Below, in pieces: positions 30,383 through 44,128 of a DNA stretch of 64,000 nt. The position numbers were made by a program, and so were the translations under genes. Location: NCBI RefSeq assembly GCF_009914755.1, contig NC_060930.1, one strand, 5' to 3'. Position 1 is the stretch's first letter; the number at the start of each line of letters is the position of its first letter. This DNA is from the human T2T-CHM13v2.0 reference genome, Homo sapiens. Below the pieces are notes generated by a model. It was not told where the DNA came from and searched no databases. It was given only the letters and a program-made list of their open reading frames with translations.

Positions 30383-33369
30383 GGTGAATTTCTGGAACAA
30401 AAAAGATCAATATAAATTTGGTTTGGGAAAACAGCACCTGATCTTAAAATTCTATGGGAATCTTTCATGTTCTTATGTGATGAGGAAGGAAGGACAAGGA
30501 AGTGAGTGACTGGGTCTGAACATGGCCGCCCCGGTAGTTCACCCAAATCCCTTTACTCCTACTTGTTAATAAGCAGCACACACACATGCAGTGTTCACTC
30601 AGCCAACGGTTCTTATGCTTTGCAGTGTTCTGTCACTGTGGAAACAGTTAACTCAAACACAGTTCTTACACCCATGGAGGATGGCAGTCTAGTGAAAATG
30701 TGGCAAGAGTGATGGGGACATGTTATAGCCAGGACTTTGCATACGGTGTCTGGAAGACAAGAGAGGGGCTGCCATAAACATAACTCATACACACAGACTT
30801 GTGCACCCCACAAGCTGTCTGGCATTGATATTGGGCTGACAGTACTGAGCAAAAGCAAATCTAGTCCTTGTCCTTGACTTCCTGGAGCCTGAGGCCAGAG
30901 AACCATGATTCAGATCAGAACAAAATAAATGTACAATTACAAGTGGTGCAAGTGTCACTGTGGAAACGTGTATGGGGCTGTGAACTTACAGGACTGCAGA
31001 GTGCCTTGCTGGGGTCCAGGCGAGTGAGTGCAGAAGATCTTAAGACAGAGGGACAGCATGAGCACCAGGGAGCAGAGCATTTAAGAAGCTGAGAAAATGC
31101 CAGAGTGACAATACCATCCCCAAATGGGAAGGTGACAGGACATAAGGCGAGAAAGGCAGGAAACACAGACCATGGTAAGGATTCTGGACTTTATCCCAAA
31201 AACAATAAGAAACAACTATAGTTTTTTCCTTATTCTTCTTCTTTCCTTTAAAAAATTAAAAAAAGGGAGCAGGGTGGTGTTGGGCAGTTTCAGAGTGCTT
31301 ACCCAGAGTTGACCTATAAGTTGAATTTTGAAGGATGAATAAAAATTTGCTAATAAGGAAGGAAAGTGTGTTCCAAACATAGGAAACAATATGGAATCAC
31401 ATGAAGGTCTACAGCCGTGTGGCACTATTAAGAAAATGCAAGAAGTTGGATTTGCTGACATGAAGAGTAGACAGGAAGCGAGAGGCAAGAACAAGAGTGC
31501 CATGTGAAGCTAAGAATGAATTCCATTCCAGAAACCACATGGCGCCACTGGCAAATTTGAAGCAAGGGGGTGGAGTGGCTGGGTGAGACCGTGCAGGTTC
31601 TGGAGTCAAAGATTGGGTTCAGTTCTCTGTTCTCCTTACAAGGTCTTTAATTGGAGAAACCACTGAACTTCCTCCTCCTAAGAATTCCCCAACTACCACA
31701 TTTATCCTAGTGCCCAGCACACAGCTCAGTTAGTTGCTGCTGTACTTGAGAAACCTCACAGTAAGGAGGGCAGGGTGCAGGGGGGACTGAGAGTGGTATA
31801 CGGACACAGCCACCCAGGTTAGAAGTCAGCATGGGATGGGTGAAGGTAGTGAGGGTGAAGTGGAGGGAGTGGGCCTGGGAGGTGTCCAGACAGAATGCGG
31901 GGAAGTTGGGGCGAGGAAGGAGTCTTGGACAAATGCCCAGTTCCAGCTTTGTTGTGGCAGGTCTGGGTGGATGTGGAGCAGTTGCCTATGTACCTTGGAA
32001 GGGCCCTCACAGGAGGCAGGTGAGTAGTGTCTGGTACTTGGGAGAGGGGCTGGGGCTGGAAACAGAGACTTGGGAGTAAACACAGAGGTGGCAATTGAAA
32101 CCACGGAATGTGATAAAATTACAGGGAAAGTGCAAAGAGGGAAATGGGTGAAGGACCACCCACAGAGATCTGAGGTGTCTGGACATACTTTTATACGTCA
32201 GAGCCTCAAGTGAAAACAGTCCTTGAGACACAGGAAAGGAGATGTGTCTAATCCGGGTGCTGAGACTGATGGTCACGGTCAGGATTCTGCGGCCCACAGC
32301 GGGCAGAGCTTGTGAGCAATGCCCATTCCAGAAGGGTGCCTGATCAGGGTCTGCTCTGGTTTGGTTATACCCCCATTGGGAATTTACCTCAAGTTTCAAG
32401 TTTGAGGCAAAAGCATGCTATGCTCACTATGTTAATGTCCCCCCAAGTCCAGAGGCCCCCACAGTGCTGGAAGCTTTTGATTCTTAGTCTGAGGAGGAGA
32501 GAAACAGAACACTAGACTACCGGATGCAGTGAGTGCTCAAACAAGATTTGCTGGATGAATAAAAGACAACTGGACTAAGACAGGAGAATCCATGATCCTT
32601 TCTGGCTCCAATCTGTCTGCAAGGAATTGCTTTCTCATTTAATTTAGCTTTTTGTTTAGTCAAGCGTAAAGGAGATTTTAGTTAAGAGACACTTTTGCCT
32701 ATAGAAGTGATATCTGGTTAAAACAATATCACTCTTAGGAATCAGATGTGGAGGAGAGTTAACTGTATAGGGAAAATATCTGAGTGAATATGCAGAAAAC
32801 ATGTATAAAATCCTTAAGTCAGTAATTATGCTACAGAGTAATATTCATAATTACAATGAATTGATCACGTAAGTTAACTTGGAATAAACTAGGCCAAAGG
32901 GAGAGGGTGGTAAACCCTTTCAGAACATCACACCAGGAACAAAAGAATAAATACATACAGCTTAATAGATGCATCAGTGATGTCTAATGAGGGCAGCAGC
33001 CATCCATTAAATAAAAAAAAATTACTCTGAGAGCAGACATAATCAACTAATTGAGCAATGATGAACATTAATAGTTTACAGTTATAGTTATTTACTATAG
33101 TTATAATTAATCGGCAAATTATTAACATTAATATAGAAAATATACATAAAAACTGGATGAAAAAGAGAGAAATAAGCAGATATAGAGGGCTACACATTAA
33201 GTTAACACCCAGATCCAGGTACCTGCTTTAAGATCATGCCTGCAATGTCCAGATGCTCTCAGGAAGTGATACTGTACACAAAGGTACTCAAGAAAAATGT
33301 CTTCCTCATACCAAGAAGGCAGTGTCCTCTACGTTTGATGCTTCATTTGGAATAACTTTTCTTCTTCCA

Positions 33370-34130
33370 ATGATATTCTCATAACCTTAGTTTGATTTGT
33401 TCTCTCTAATCCAACATATTCAACCAAACACTAAGGCCAGCTAATTCTGTTTATCAACATACCTCAAAGCCAGTCCCCTTCTCCCTGTGCTGTCACATTG
33501 CTGTAGCCAGGCCTCTGGAAACATCTGAGTAAACTCAACTAGGGCAATGGCCTCCTGACTGGCCTCTATGTCTTCCGCGTCTTTTCTATATGGGGTGAGC
33601 TAGCTAAAGGAGAGTCTGCAATCTGCAGAAAACACCTGAATGGCTTTTCAATGCCGAGGACCACGTTCTAGCATCTTATCTTAGCACAGCATACAAAGCT
33701 CTCTGTGATTAGTAGTCCCACCTGTCTCCACCCTCATCTCCCACTACATGCCATCAGCAACACAGAGTGCTAGTAGTTCCTTACAGCCAACACCAACTAC
33801 ACTGTTTGTTTCTCATCTGCTCCTGCCTCCCTTCCCCAGCTAGTCCCTACTAGCCCTTCACAGCTCAGGTCAGCCACCACTGCTTTCTTCAGCTCCGATC
33901 CCCTTTCGGGTTAGGCTGCTGTCTCTCCTATCTGCTTCCACAATATTCTGTTCCATTTCACTATTGGTATATTGTCACCATGCTGTTGTAGAAATTTCAG
34001 GGAATCTATCAGTCTATGCCCCGAACTACAGGTGCCTCTTGGGCAAAGGTTATGTTTTGTTTATCTCTGCATCCTCAGCAAGGAACAATGAGTCTGGCGC
34101 AAGGCAGGTACCCAATAAATGTTTGCTGAA
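33370..34130. repeat. L2 relic (others at ~6340-7120, 12250-12660, 31270-32200, 41900-42720)
   Basis: L2 3' end AATAAATGTTTGCTGAATGAA and typical pyrimidine-rich L2 body. Boundaries are rough. Confidence 0.55.
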
Positions 34131-36548
34131 TGAAACATCAAACAAGCATCATATCAAAGCTACATATTACAGTGACAGAGTTCTTTGGATGACTAATAAA
34201 TATCTGGTTAAGTATATGGTTCAACAAATTTAACTGAATTGGCAAAGTGACGGTTAGCTATGAGAAATTTCAAAGATTTGGCAGCTGGACTACCAGTGTA
34301 AGAGACAACTATGTAGTAATTAATTCATCTGTATCTGCTGAAATACAGAAATGATTTTGGAGTACCTACTAGAATACCAAATATTCTGCTAGAAAGTTCT
34401 GCAACTGTAGTAGTCTCAATTTACAGATGACACACAGCGAGTAAATGATTTATACCAAGGTCACAGAATAAAAAAACCAGTTGGCCTAAAATTTGAGTCA
34501 AGGTTTCTTAATTTAAAGGCCAGAAATCTTTCTAAATCAAGACTGCCTCACTCATGATACTCATCCATTATACTGAAAATAATATGTAAGTCAAAGTAGT
34601 TCAGGAGTCACAATTTTGGGGAAAGATAGGGTGAAAAGAAAATTAGGGGAAATTTCTAGAAGGAAGTCACTGTGATTTTTGCTTTTTTTATCACGAAAGA
34701 TCATTTCTGCGATCTATTTTTTAACCTCAAAACGTCTGAGTTAAGAGAACTATTAATACAATCAAACAGAATTCCAATGAGAACCTATGAAACCACACAG
34801 ATGATTAAGATATCACAGTGATACATTATGTCATAACCTTGGCAACTTGCATTCCTATCACAGATCCCGACAACAGCCAGGAGGACCCGCCTTAACTGAG
34901 CTGAACTTTGCTAAATCTAGAAACTCTCAGCTTGGTTCATGTAACTTACCTAGTTTTATTACTTCATTTGGTTTCTGAAGGTCAGAACTTTCCTAAATTG
35001 GCTAGGTACCAGTTGATTGGGGAAATACTAAGAGAAATGAAATCTATGATCTGATGAGGTGGGATTCAGTGTGAAGAAAGGGGTATACAGGAGAAGTAAT
35101 ATGACATGAAGTACCTTTCATCCTCAGCAAAGTCTGCATATGACTATTGACATGAGTCATTAAGAGGTAATTTTCTATTAGGTTCATTATAGCCATTTCA
35201 AACAGAATGTTTTGTAATCACACTTAGCATACAAAAGAGTATTATCCTACTGCAACAAAGAATAATTTAGAGATACTTTAAGAAAATTCTATTTACTTAT
35301 AATTGTACTTTTTGGCCTAACTTTACTCCTCATTTTCTTATATTCTCTATCTTTATTTTCTCATTGCTTTGACTCCCTCATTATTTTTTAATTATAACAA
35401 GTATTTTATTTTATTATATTTTACTATATGTATTTTTGTAAGTTTTAAAAATGCTTTAAAGGCCAAGGCAAAGTATAAATAGAATAAGTGCAATTTAGAA
35501 ACTCTTGTAAACTACAGTCAATAAATCAGCAATGACACGCAGATCTAATAACTTTTTAACACTTTGCTTTAATATCTAGAGTAAAAAAGAATGTTATTTT
35601 TCACCCCAAAACCTTGGCTGCTATATAATTTTCTCAATCTAAATATCTTAAATATTTTCTACTCTAAGTTAACCGTACTATTTTTATTTTTTGAAACCAT
35701 TATCATTAAACCTGGCAGAACTTAGCAATGTAAGAGAAAAAAATGTTTTTTGGAAACTCCAGCATATTTAACAATAATGAATAATCTTTCAAAAGTCTAA
35801 GAAACTGCTTTTAGGCACACATGAATCACCTCTAGTTGCCTGTGGAGCATTGTTGAAGAGGTCAGGTAACAATAGTTCTTTGTAATACAGCGCCACAGGC
35901 TCTATATGAAATCCAGTAATATAAATTCAGAACAAACGTAAGAACTGATATGGAAACAACTTAGAAAATTTTACAAAGCAGTCTTTTTCTCTTTTAATTT
36001 TCCCTTCCTTTACTATGTTCTTACATATGGTATAATAAAAAAGTGAAAGCAATTTTTACAGACATGTATGATGTGTTCAACATTTCATAGAGAGCAAAAC
36101 TCTTATTTGGCTGCTTAAAATAGAATACAATGTTATTTAAAAAATATTTCTGTAATACGATATATGACAGCCAAAACATCATTATGCAAGGTGTCTCCTC
36201 AGCCCCAGTACATTCTGCAAATCTCCACTGTTCGGGCACTATTTCAATTTGCATGCTTCCTCTGTAAGTTTCTTGAGCCGTCCTTATATGTACATTGCAT
36301 ATGCGCAACCATACTACAATCTTGTGACAGCAGGGCCATCTTGTGTTTGATTCCACCTATTACTAGGTTCTAGTGTGGTAATATATACATACACACACAC
36401 ACACTGTGAGTTTTCAAGAAATATTAGGAAGAAATGGATTTGTTGATTTGTCTCCAGAAGAATATTTGGCATGAAGGCTTTCACTGTAGCTGCCCTGTTT
36501 TACAAAGTGAAAGGTGCTTGTTAATACTATTCATATTAGGGTGGTATT

Positions 36549-36954
36549 TGAATTAGTCTGTTCTCACATTGACTGGCTAATTTATGAAGAAAAGAGGTTT
36601 AATTGGCTCACAGTTCTGCAGGCTGTACAGGAATTGTGATGCTGGCATCTGCTCAGCTTTTGGGGAGGCCTCAGGAAGCTTACAATCATGGCAGAAGGTG
36701 AAGGGGGAGCAGACACATCACAGGCCAGAGCAGGAGCAAGCAAGCGAGGAAGGAGATGCCACATACTTTAAAACAACCGGATCTCATGAGAACTCACTCA
36801 TTATTGTGAGGACAGTACCAAGGGGAATGGTGCTAAACTATTCATGAGAAACCTGCCCCCATGATCCAATTACTTCCCACCAGGCCCCACCTCCAACACG
36901 GGGGATTGCATTTCAGCATGAGATCTGGGTGGAGACAACATCCAAACTGTATCA
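36549..36954 (+). mobile_element. MST-family (ERVL-MaLR) solo LTR
   Basis: TG...CA termini; diagnostic AAAGAGGTTTAATTGGCTCACAGTTC, GGAGGCCTCAGGAAGCTTACAATCATGGCAGAAGG and CCCCATGATCCAATTAC. Orientation is given relative to the recalled consensus. Confidence 0.9.
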
Positions 36955-38522
36955 TTGCATGCTAGCCTTCTTGATCAATCAGTGACACATAGGGTGGAAG
37001 AGGCAGTCACTGTTAAAAGATCCGCAACAAGGAAAACATGTGAAAGAAATCCTTTGATGAGTGAGAGGGCTGCCTGGTTCCCACTCCAGGAGCTCATGGT
37101 TCTAATTCCTCAGCTTGCCAATAAATCTGGATTGCGACTGGTAATATATTAAAGAGTTCCAATGGCTCAAAAAGAAAACAGATTCCTAAACACGAATCAT
37201 TATTTGGTTCCTTCATTAAGACAGCAATCACAGATATCAGTGTTTCATTCAGTTGTGTAGTACATAGTAAGCGAGACCTGACGTTGATCAGCACTTAGGT
37301 TGATCAGGACTTAGGAATTTTACCACTCATGAAACTAGGGAGCCTGTTTAACCATTTCACCTATAAGGAGGAACTGTGAAAATAAACTTCTCCAGGTTGA
37401 TGTTTCTACAGATTTTGCAGGCTTATTCACAGGATGCATGGGTGCAGGAATTTTCTTCTGAAAAGAATGGGGTTGTGGAAGCGGCAGCCCACGGGGAGCG
37501 AGGCGGCCTTCTAATCCCATTCTGCCCTTGACCAACTGTGAGACCAATCAAGTTGCTTCTCCTCTCTATGCCTCACTCTGCCTTGAAACCTATTTCGTTA
37601 CTTACTGGGGATTTTACCTAGCATTTAACATCATGACATTTAGCTCAGTCCAACACTTCAGCCACAATTACCCACGTCTGGTTCTGACACACGCCTTGCA
37701 TTTTACTTTTCACATGCCTTACTGTCTTTGCCTGGAATGCTCTTCCATCGCATGTCCACCTCTGTGGCTGACACAGACTGTTGCCTAATCAATAGTTCTT
37801 CCCACCGTTTTCTCTCTGCTGTCTTTTCACTAGAGATGCTAGAATAGCTGTATCCTAATTTTCCAGCCTGTTGTTTACCTAGTGATATAAACGTAATGAA
37901 GTTTTGGTCAATGAGCAAAAGCAGAGTCCTCCTGGAAAGCTTTACCCTTTCCTGGCTGTGACTGCCCTTCTTCTTCCTGACTAAATAAGGATGTATTTGG
38001 AGCTTCAAAAGCTGTTTGCAACCATCAGGCATAAGCATGAGAGGAACACCGAGACTCACACATACCTTGACATTTTCTAGCTGCTAAATAAGCTCTGGCA
38101 GCTACATACCTCTAGACCTTTCCTATGTGAGAAGAATAAGCCCCCAATTAAGCCCTGTGTAAGGGCTTCCTATGACTTCTGGTCAAAAGCATTCCTAATT
38201 TTAAGGTGGCACTTAGGAGACCAGCTCCTTTCTACGGCCTTTCCTTTGTACTTCATTGATAAACTTCTTTAGGAGCTTGTAATGTTTTACCCTTAATAGG
38301 AGGCTCATTTTGATCTGAAGCTCTTTGCACAATGCTTAGTGTATAACACATTAATAAAAACTCAAATATCTGATGAAGAATTAGGGAGTTCTGACACTAC
38401 ACTTGGTATGCATTTGGGCATCACTTTAGCCTTTTCTCAAGTTTTACAATAACATATTTCTTAAGCTATAAGAGGGATACATTGAATATAATTTTCTCTT
38501 GCATTTCAACAATGAATATTTA

Positions 38523-39747
38523 TTATGTTGGTGCAAAAGGAATGCAGTTTTTGCATTGCTGGAATTTGCTGTTTGATACTGGAATAAATTCTTAAATAAA
38601 TGTGGTTATGTTATACATCATTTTAATGGGCAATTCTCAGTTTTTTTTTTTGCTAATGACTTGCTGTTTATGTTTATTTTACACTATGGAAATAATGTTA
38701 GACAAAAAGTAAATTTCAGCAATTTTCTTATTTGAGCTCAAAATTGGTCAAAAAGCTGCAGCGACAACTTGCGACAACTCATTTGGCCTAGGAACTGCTA
38801 ACAAACGTACAGTGCTGTGGTGGTTCAAGAAGTTTTGCAAAGGAGACGAGAGCCTTGAAGATGAGGAGCCTAGTCGCCGGCCATTGGAAGTTGTCACCGA
38901 CCAATTGAGAGCAATCATGGAAACTGATCCTCTTACAATACTCGAGAAGTTGCCAAAGAACTCAATGTTGACCATTCGATGGTCGTTCGATCTGAAGCAA
39001 AATGCAAATGTGAAAAACCTCAATAAGTGGGTGCCTCATGCTGAGCAAAAAAAAAAAAAACCATCGTTTTGAAGTGTTGTCTTCTCTTATTCCATGCAAC
39101 AATGAACCATTTCTCGATCAGATTGTGATGTGTGATGAAAAGTGGATTTTATGTGACAACTGGTGATGACCAGCTCAGTGGCTGGACCAAGAAGCTCCAA
39201 AGCACTTCCCAAAGCCAAACTTGCACCAAAAAAAGGTCATGCTCACTGTTTGGTTGTCTGCTCCACTAGAGCTTCTTGAATCCCGGCAAAACTGTTTCAT
39301 CTGAGAAGTATGCTCAGCAAATCCATGAGATGCACTGAAAACGGCAATGCCTGCAGCCAGCACTGGTCAACAGAAACGGCCCAACTGTCTCCATAATGAC
39401 CCTTGACTGCATGTCACAAAACCAACGCTTCACAAGTTGAACGAATTGGCCTCATCCGCCATATTCATCTGACTTCTCGCTAACCAACTTCCACTTCTTG
39501 AAGCATCTCGACAACTTTTTGCAGGGAAAACGCTTCCTTGACTAGCAGGATGAAGAAAATGCTTTCCAAGAGTTTGTAGAATCCCGAAGCACGGATTTTT
39601 ACTCCACAGGAATAAACTTATTTCTTGTTGGCAAAAACATGTTGATTGTAATAGTTCCTATTTTGATTAATAAAGATATATTTGATCCTAGTTATAATAA
39701 TTTAAAATTCATGGCCCAAAACCGCAATTACTTTTGCACCAACTTGC
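38523..39747 (+). mobile_element. HSMAR1 mariner DNA transposon, near full length, with a dead transposase (ATG 38686, early stop and frameshifts)
   Basis: TA + TTATGTTGGTGCAAAAG 5' TIR; 3' TIR CCGCAATTACTTTTGCACCAAC. Relic peptides MEIMLDKK*, WWFKKFCKGDESLEDEE, KWVPH, CDEKWI and PHPPYSSDFSLTNFHF match the Hsmar1/SETMAR transposase. Confidence 0.95.
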
Positions 39748-40372
39748 TACCTAGGTACTATGCTAAGCACTAGGAATAGAGATAAGACAGAATTTCTGGT
39801 AACTGTGTATGTGTGATATGTGCCCTAACAAAGGTAAGAACAGGTGCTTCCTCAACATCTGCTTATCTCCCGCTTAACCCAGAAACTGGCTGTCAGGCTT
39901 GGCACAAATAAACTCAACTTTCCACCCTCTCATACTCCAACTTGCCCTCTTCTCCTTCATTCCACTCATGTAAAATGAAATACCGTTCATTCTGTCCAAG
40001 ACCAACCCCACCAGCTGTGCTCTCAGGTACCACTTTTCACCTCTCGTGGGGTCCTGCTCTATCGGTTATCTACTCTCATGTTTTATTAACCAAAATTCCG
40101 GTGGGAGGTGGAGGGGGTATCTCTACTCACGGCAGCAATTTACGCACTTCTGATTCATGTCTCAACCCCCACAATCTGGGTTCTGCCATAACCACTTGAC
40201 TAACAATGCTGCTCTGGTAATGGTACCAGAGGCTCTACATTGCCCTCTTTATGAACTGGATATTGCTTAGACAAGCCACCCTGCTGACCACAGCTACCTT
40301 CCCCAAACATATGACTATCTTGACTTCTGCAACACTACTCTTTACTTGATCTCCTCCCATTTCTTCAACCCT

Positions 40373-40813
40373 ACAGTAGTTAGCCAAGGGACCATGGCGG
40401 GGGTCTCTGAGACCTTTCAGGGGATCCACCAGGAAAACTATTTTCATAGTTATCAGGAAGACATCTGCATTCTCTCATGAGTATACAGGGGAAATTACTA
40501 GACACTAAGTGATATGTGATATAGCAACAAATTGTAGATAGCAACAAATATAAGCACCCAGTTGTCTTCTATTAAGCCAAACATGAAAGAGACTTGCACT
40601 AGTGTCAAACTATCAATCTGCTGATTTAGGGGGAGGAAAAATGGTTATTCTTCATAAAAGTGTTATTTAACATAATGGATTTAGTCACTTTAAAATAGGT
40701 GTTTTTAAAAGCTTTTTTTTTCTAATATGATAAATGCGTCCCACATAAATGAAAGCTTTTTGGGGTCCTCAGTAATATTTAAGAACGTAAAAGGCCTAAG
40801 ACCAGTTAAGTTG

Positions 40814-40822
<9 letters not shown>
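40373..40822. mobile_element. Old hAT-Charlie DNA transposon fragment
   Basis: GAGACCTTTCAGGGATCCA...AAAACTATTTTCATA and a terminal ...AGACC...AAGTT..AGAACCAC resemble Charlie elements. Subfamily not determined. Confidence 0.55.
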
Positions 40823-41748
<926 letters not shown>

Positions 41749-42729
41749 TTAAACTTATTGGTCTCAGGACCCTTTTACACTGTGTGAGATGGATCAATTA
41801 TGACTCTCATTTTATAAAGAAACTGCAGAACAGAGAGTGATGTGACTTGCGTGGGGTCACACAGAGTTGGTGGTGCTGACTACTGCAGTGCTCATCACTC
41901 CTCTGAGCTTCAGAGCCCTGTGATTAACTACCTCTGCTGGGCATCCCAGGGGAAATTTACACCCAAGATACCCTAAATATGAACTAAAAAACCCTCTCTC
42001 CACAAGACCAGCTAGTTCTGTATTACCTGAGTCAGTTAATGGTGCAAGTTTAAATTCACCCTCTCTGTGCTTTAGCTTAACCAGAAACCTGGATGCCATT
42101 CTAGACTCTGCTTGGATTCTCTTCTTCCTTAGTCCTCAATCCAATCATTCCAGTTCCAACAATTTTCCCTTCTAATGATTTATCAAATACAACATTCTTC
42201 TCTATCTTCCACTATTCCTGTCCTTACTAGCGTCCTAATCTCTACTCTGCACTGTTGTAATCAACTCCCATTTGATGTCCTTGGCCCCTCAAAATCATCT
42301 TCTACACTGCTGCCAGAGTGATCTATCAGAAAATGCAAATCTGGTCATGTCAGGTTAGTGGCTGCCTGTGAGCTAAGGGTAAAGTCCAGGGTCCTCAGCA
42401 CGGCCCCCAGGCCCTCAAATCAGTGGCCCTCTCCAACCTCAGTGCCTTCCTGTCACCGCCCCCCCAACCCCATCATACTTACCTCCCTGGCAGTGCTGTG
42501 CTGTTTGCCTGCCTGACCACACCAAGCTGCTTCATGCCTTTGATCCAACATCACCCCTTGGGAGGCCTTCTAGATTCCACACCTTGTACATCCTTCTGTC
42601 ACAGCACTTAACCCAGTCTGTGACAACTATCTCTGTACCTGTGTCCCACATAGGCCTGTAAAGCCATTGATAACAGGTGCCTAGCTTAGTTCAAAAATCT
42701 CATCTTTCTCTCTCCAGGGCTTGGTATAG

Positions 42730-43051
42730 CAGGGGTCCCCAACCCATCAGTACTGGTCCGTGGCCTGTTAGGAACCGGGCCACACAGCAGTTGAGCGGTG
42801 GGTGAGTGCGCATTATGGCCTGAGCTCCATCTCCTGTCAGATCAGCGGCGGCATTAGATTCTCATAGGTGTACCTATTGTGAACTGTGCATGTGAGTGAT
42901 CTAGGTTGCATGCTCCTTATGAGAATCTAATGCCTGATGATCTGAGGTGGAAGAGTTTCATCCCGAAACCATCCCCTCCCTTGACCCGGTCCATGGAAAA
43001 ACTGTCTTCCATGAAATTGGTTCCTGGTGCCAAGAAGGTTGGGGATAGCTG
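42730..43051 (+). mobile_element. MER1B (hAT-Charlie MITE)
   Basis: Same TIR family, shorter body; TSD TGGTATAG/TGATATAG. Confidence 0.9.
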
Positions 43052-44069
43052 TGATATAGCACTGGGCAAAGCATGCTTCAGAGATGTTTTGTAGAAGCAC
43101 TGAGGTAAAAGAATGACACACAGCAATGAGACCTGTTTGGCTGGTGGGAGGGATGGGAGTGGAAGCTGTGGGATGAAGAGAGTTGGGAAAACTTTTGTTC
43201 AGAGAAGGTGACAATTGAGCTCAATCTTGAAGGAAGAGGGGGCACTCTAGACAGGAGTGATAAAGGGCCTGCTGGATAGAACAGTACTTGTAAAGGCCTG
43301 GAGGCCCAACAGGACGTGGCACATTTAGGAAACTGCAACTGATGATGACAGAGGACAGGATGCACATGTGGGACTTAGGCTGAGACTGGAGGAGCAGACA
43401 GGGCTCCTGCTATCAAAACGTGGCCTATATTATAGGTCTTGCAAGAGAGTTCCAAAGTATTTATTTCACTACTCTAATTACTTAAGGCACAATTCGCAGG
43501 TCATTAAAAAACGTTTACTAGTCTGCTTTTGATTGCTTATTCAGCACTACCTGTGTTAGTTTTGATAGGTAACTTAAGCTCCCTGTGCCTCAGTTGCCTT
43601 ACAGGGTAATACAAATAGTACCTACCTCACAAGATTATTGTCAAAACAAATGTGTTAATAGACATGAAGAACATAAGATAGCAGTGGCACACAGAATTGA
43701 TAGTGGATGTTGTGTTGCTATTGATTTGCCATCAGTGACAAACAGCTGCAGAGATTAGAGAGGAGGGAAGGGACTTTTCCTGAAATTCACAAGACACAGC
43801 CTTAATGTAAAAGGACGTATTTTTATAACAAGTAAGTTTATCTAGGGAGGTAATAGCAGGAATGTCGGTTTTTAGGTCTATGATCTCAGGTAACAGTATA
43901 AAATGATTATCAGATTCCTTTGGATAATATATTTATATTTGGATAGTAAATTTAGCTTAAAAGTATATGCTTAAGGTATAATTTGATCAATTATTTTCTG
44001 AATGCATATGATCTTACAGTTGCCCATACTGAAACCCATTTTCAATTTTCTGCCTTTCAGGTAGAGTCT

Positions 44070-44128
44070 TGAATGATTTTCCTAAAGTTTGAATGATTTT
44101 CCTGTTGAGTTTCGTGAATGATTTTCCT
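44070..44128. repeat. Three copies of TGAATGATTTTCCT with 6- and 11-nt spacers
   Basis: Copies start at 44070, 44090 and 44115. Confidence 0.9.

Noticed and set aside
38686-39670. HSMAR1 as an active transposase or SETMAR paralog
   Set aside because: Stop at codon 9, several frameshifts and deletions, and no SET-domain exons.
44070-44128. Repeat-spacer-repeat pattern superficially like a CRISPR array
   Set aside because: Repeats are 14 nt, spacers are 6-11 nt and similar to each other, there are no cas genes, and the context is mammalian.
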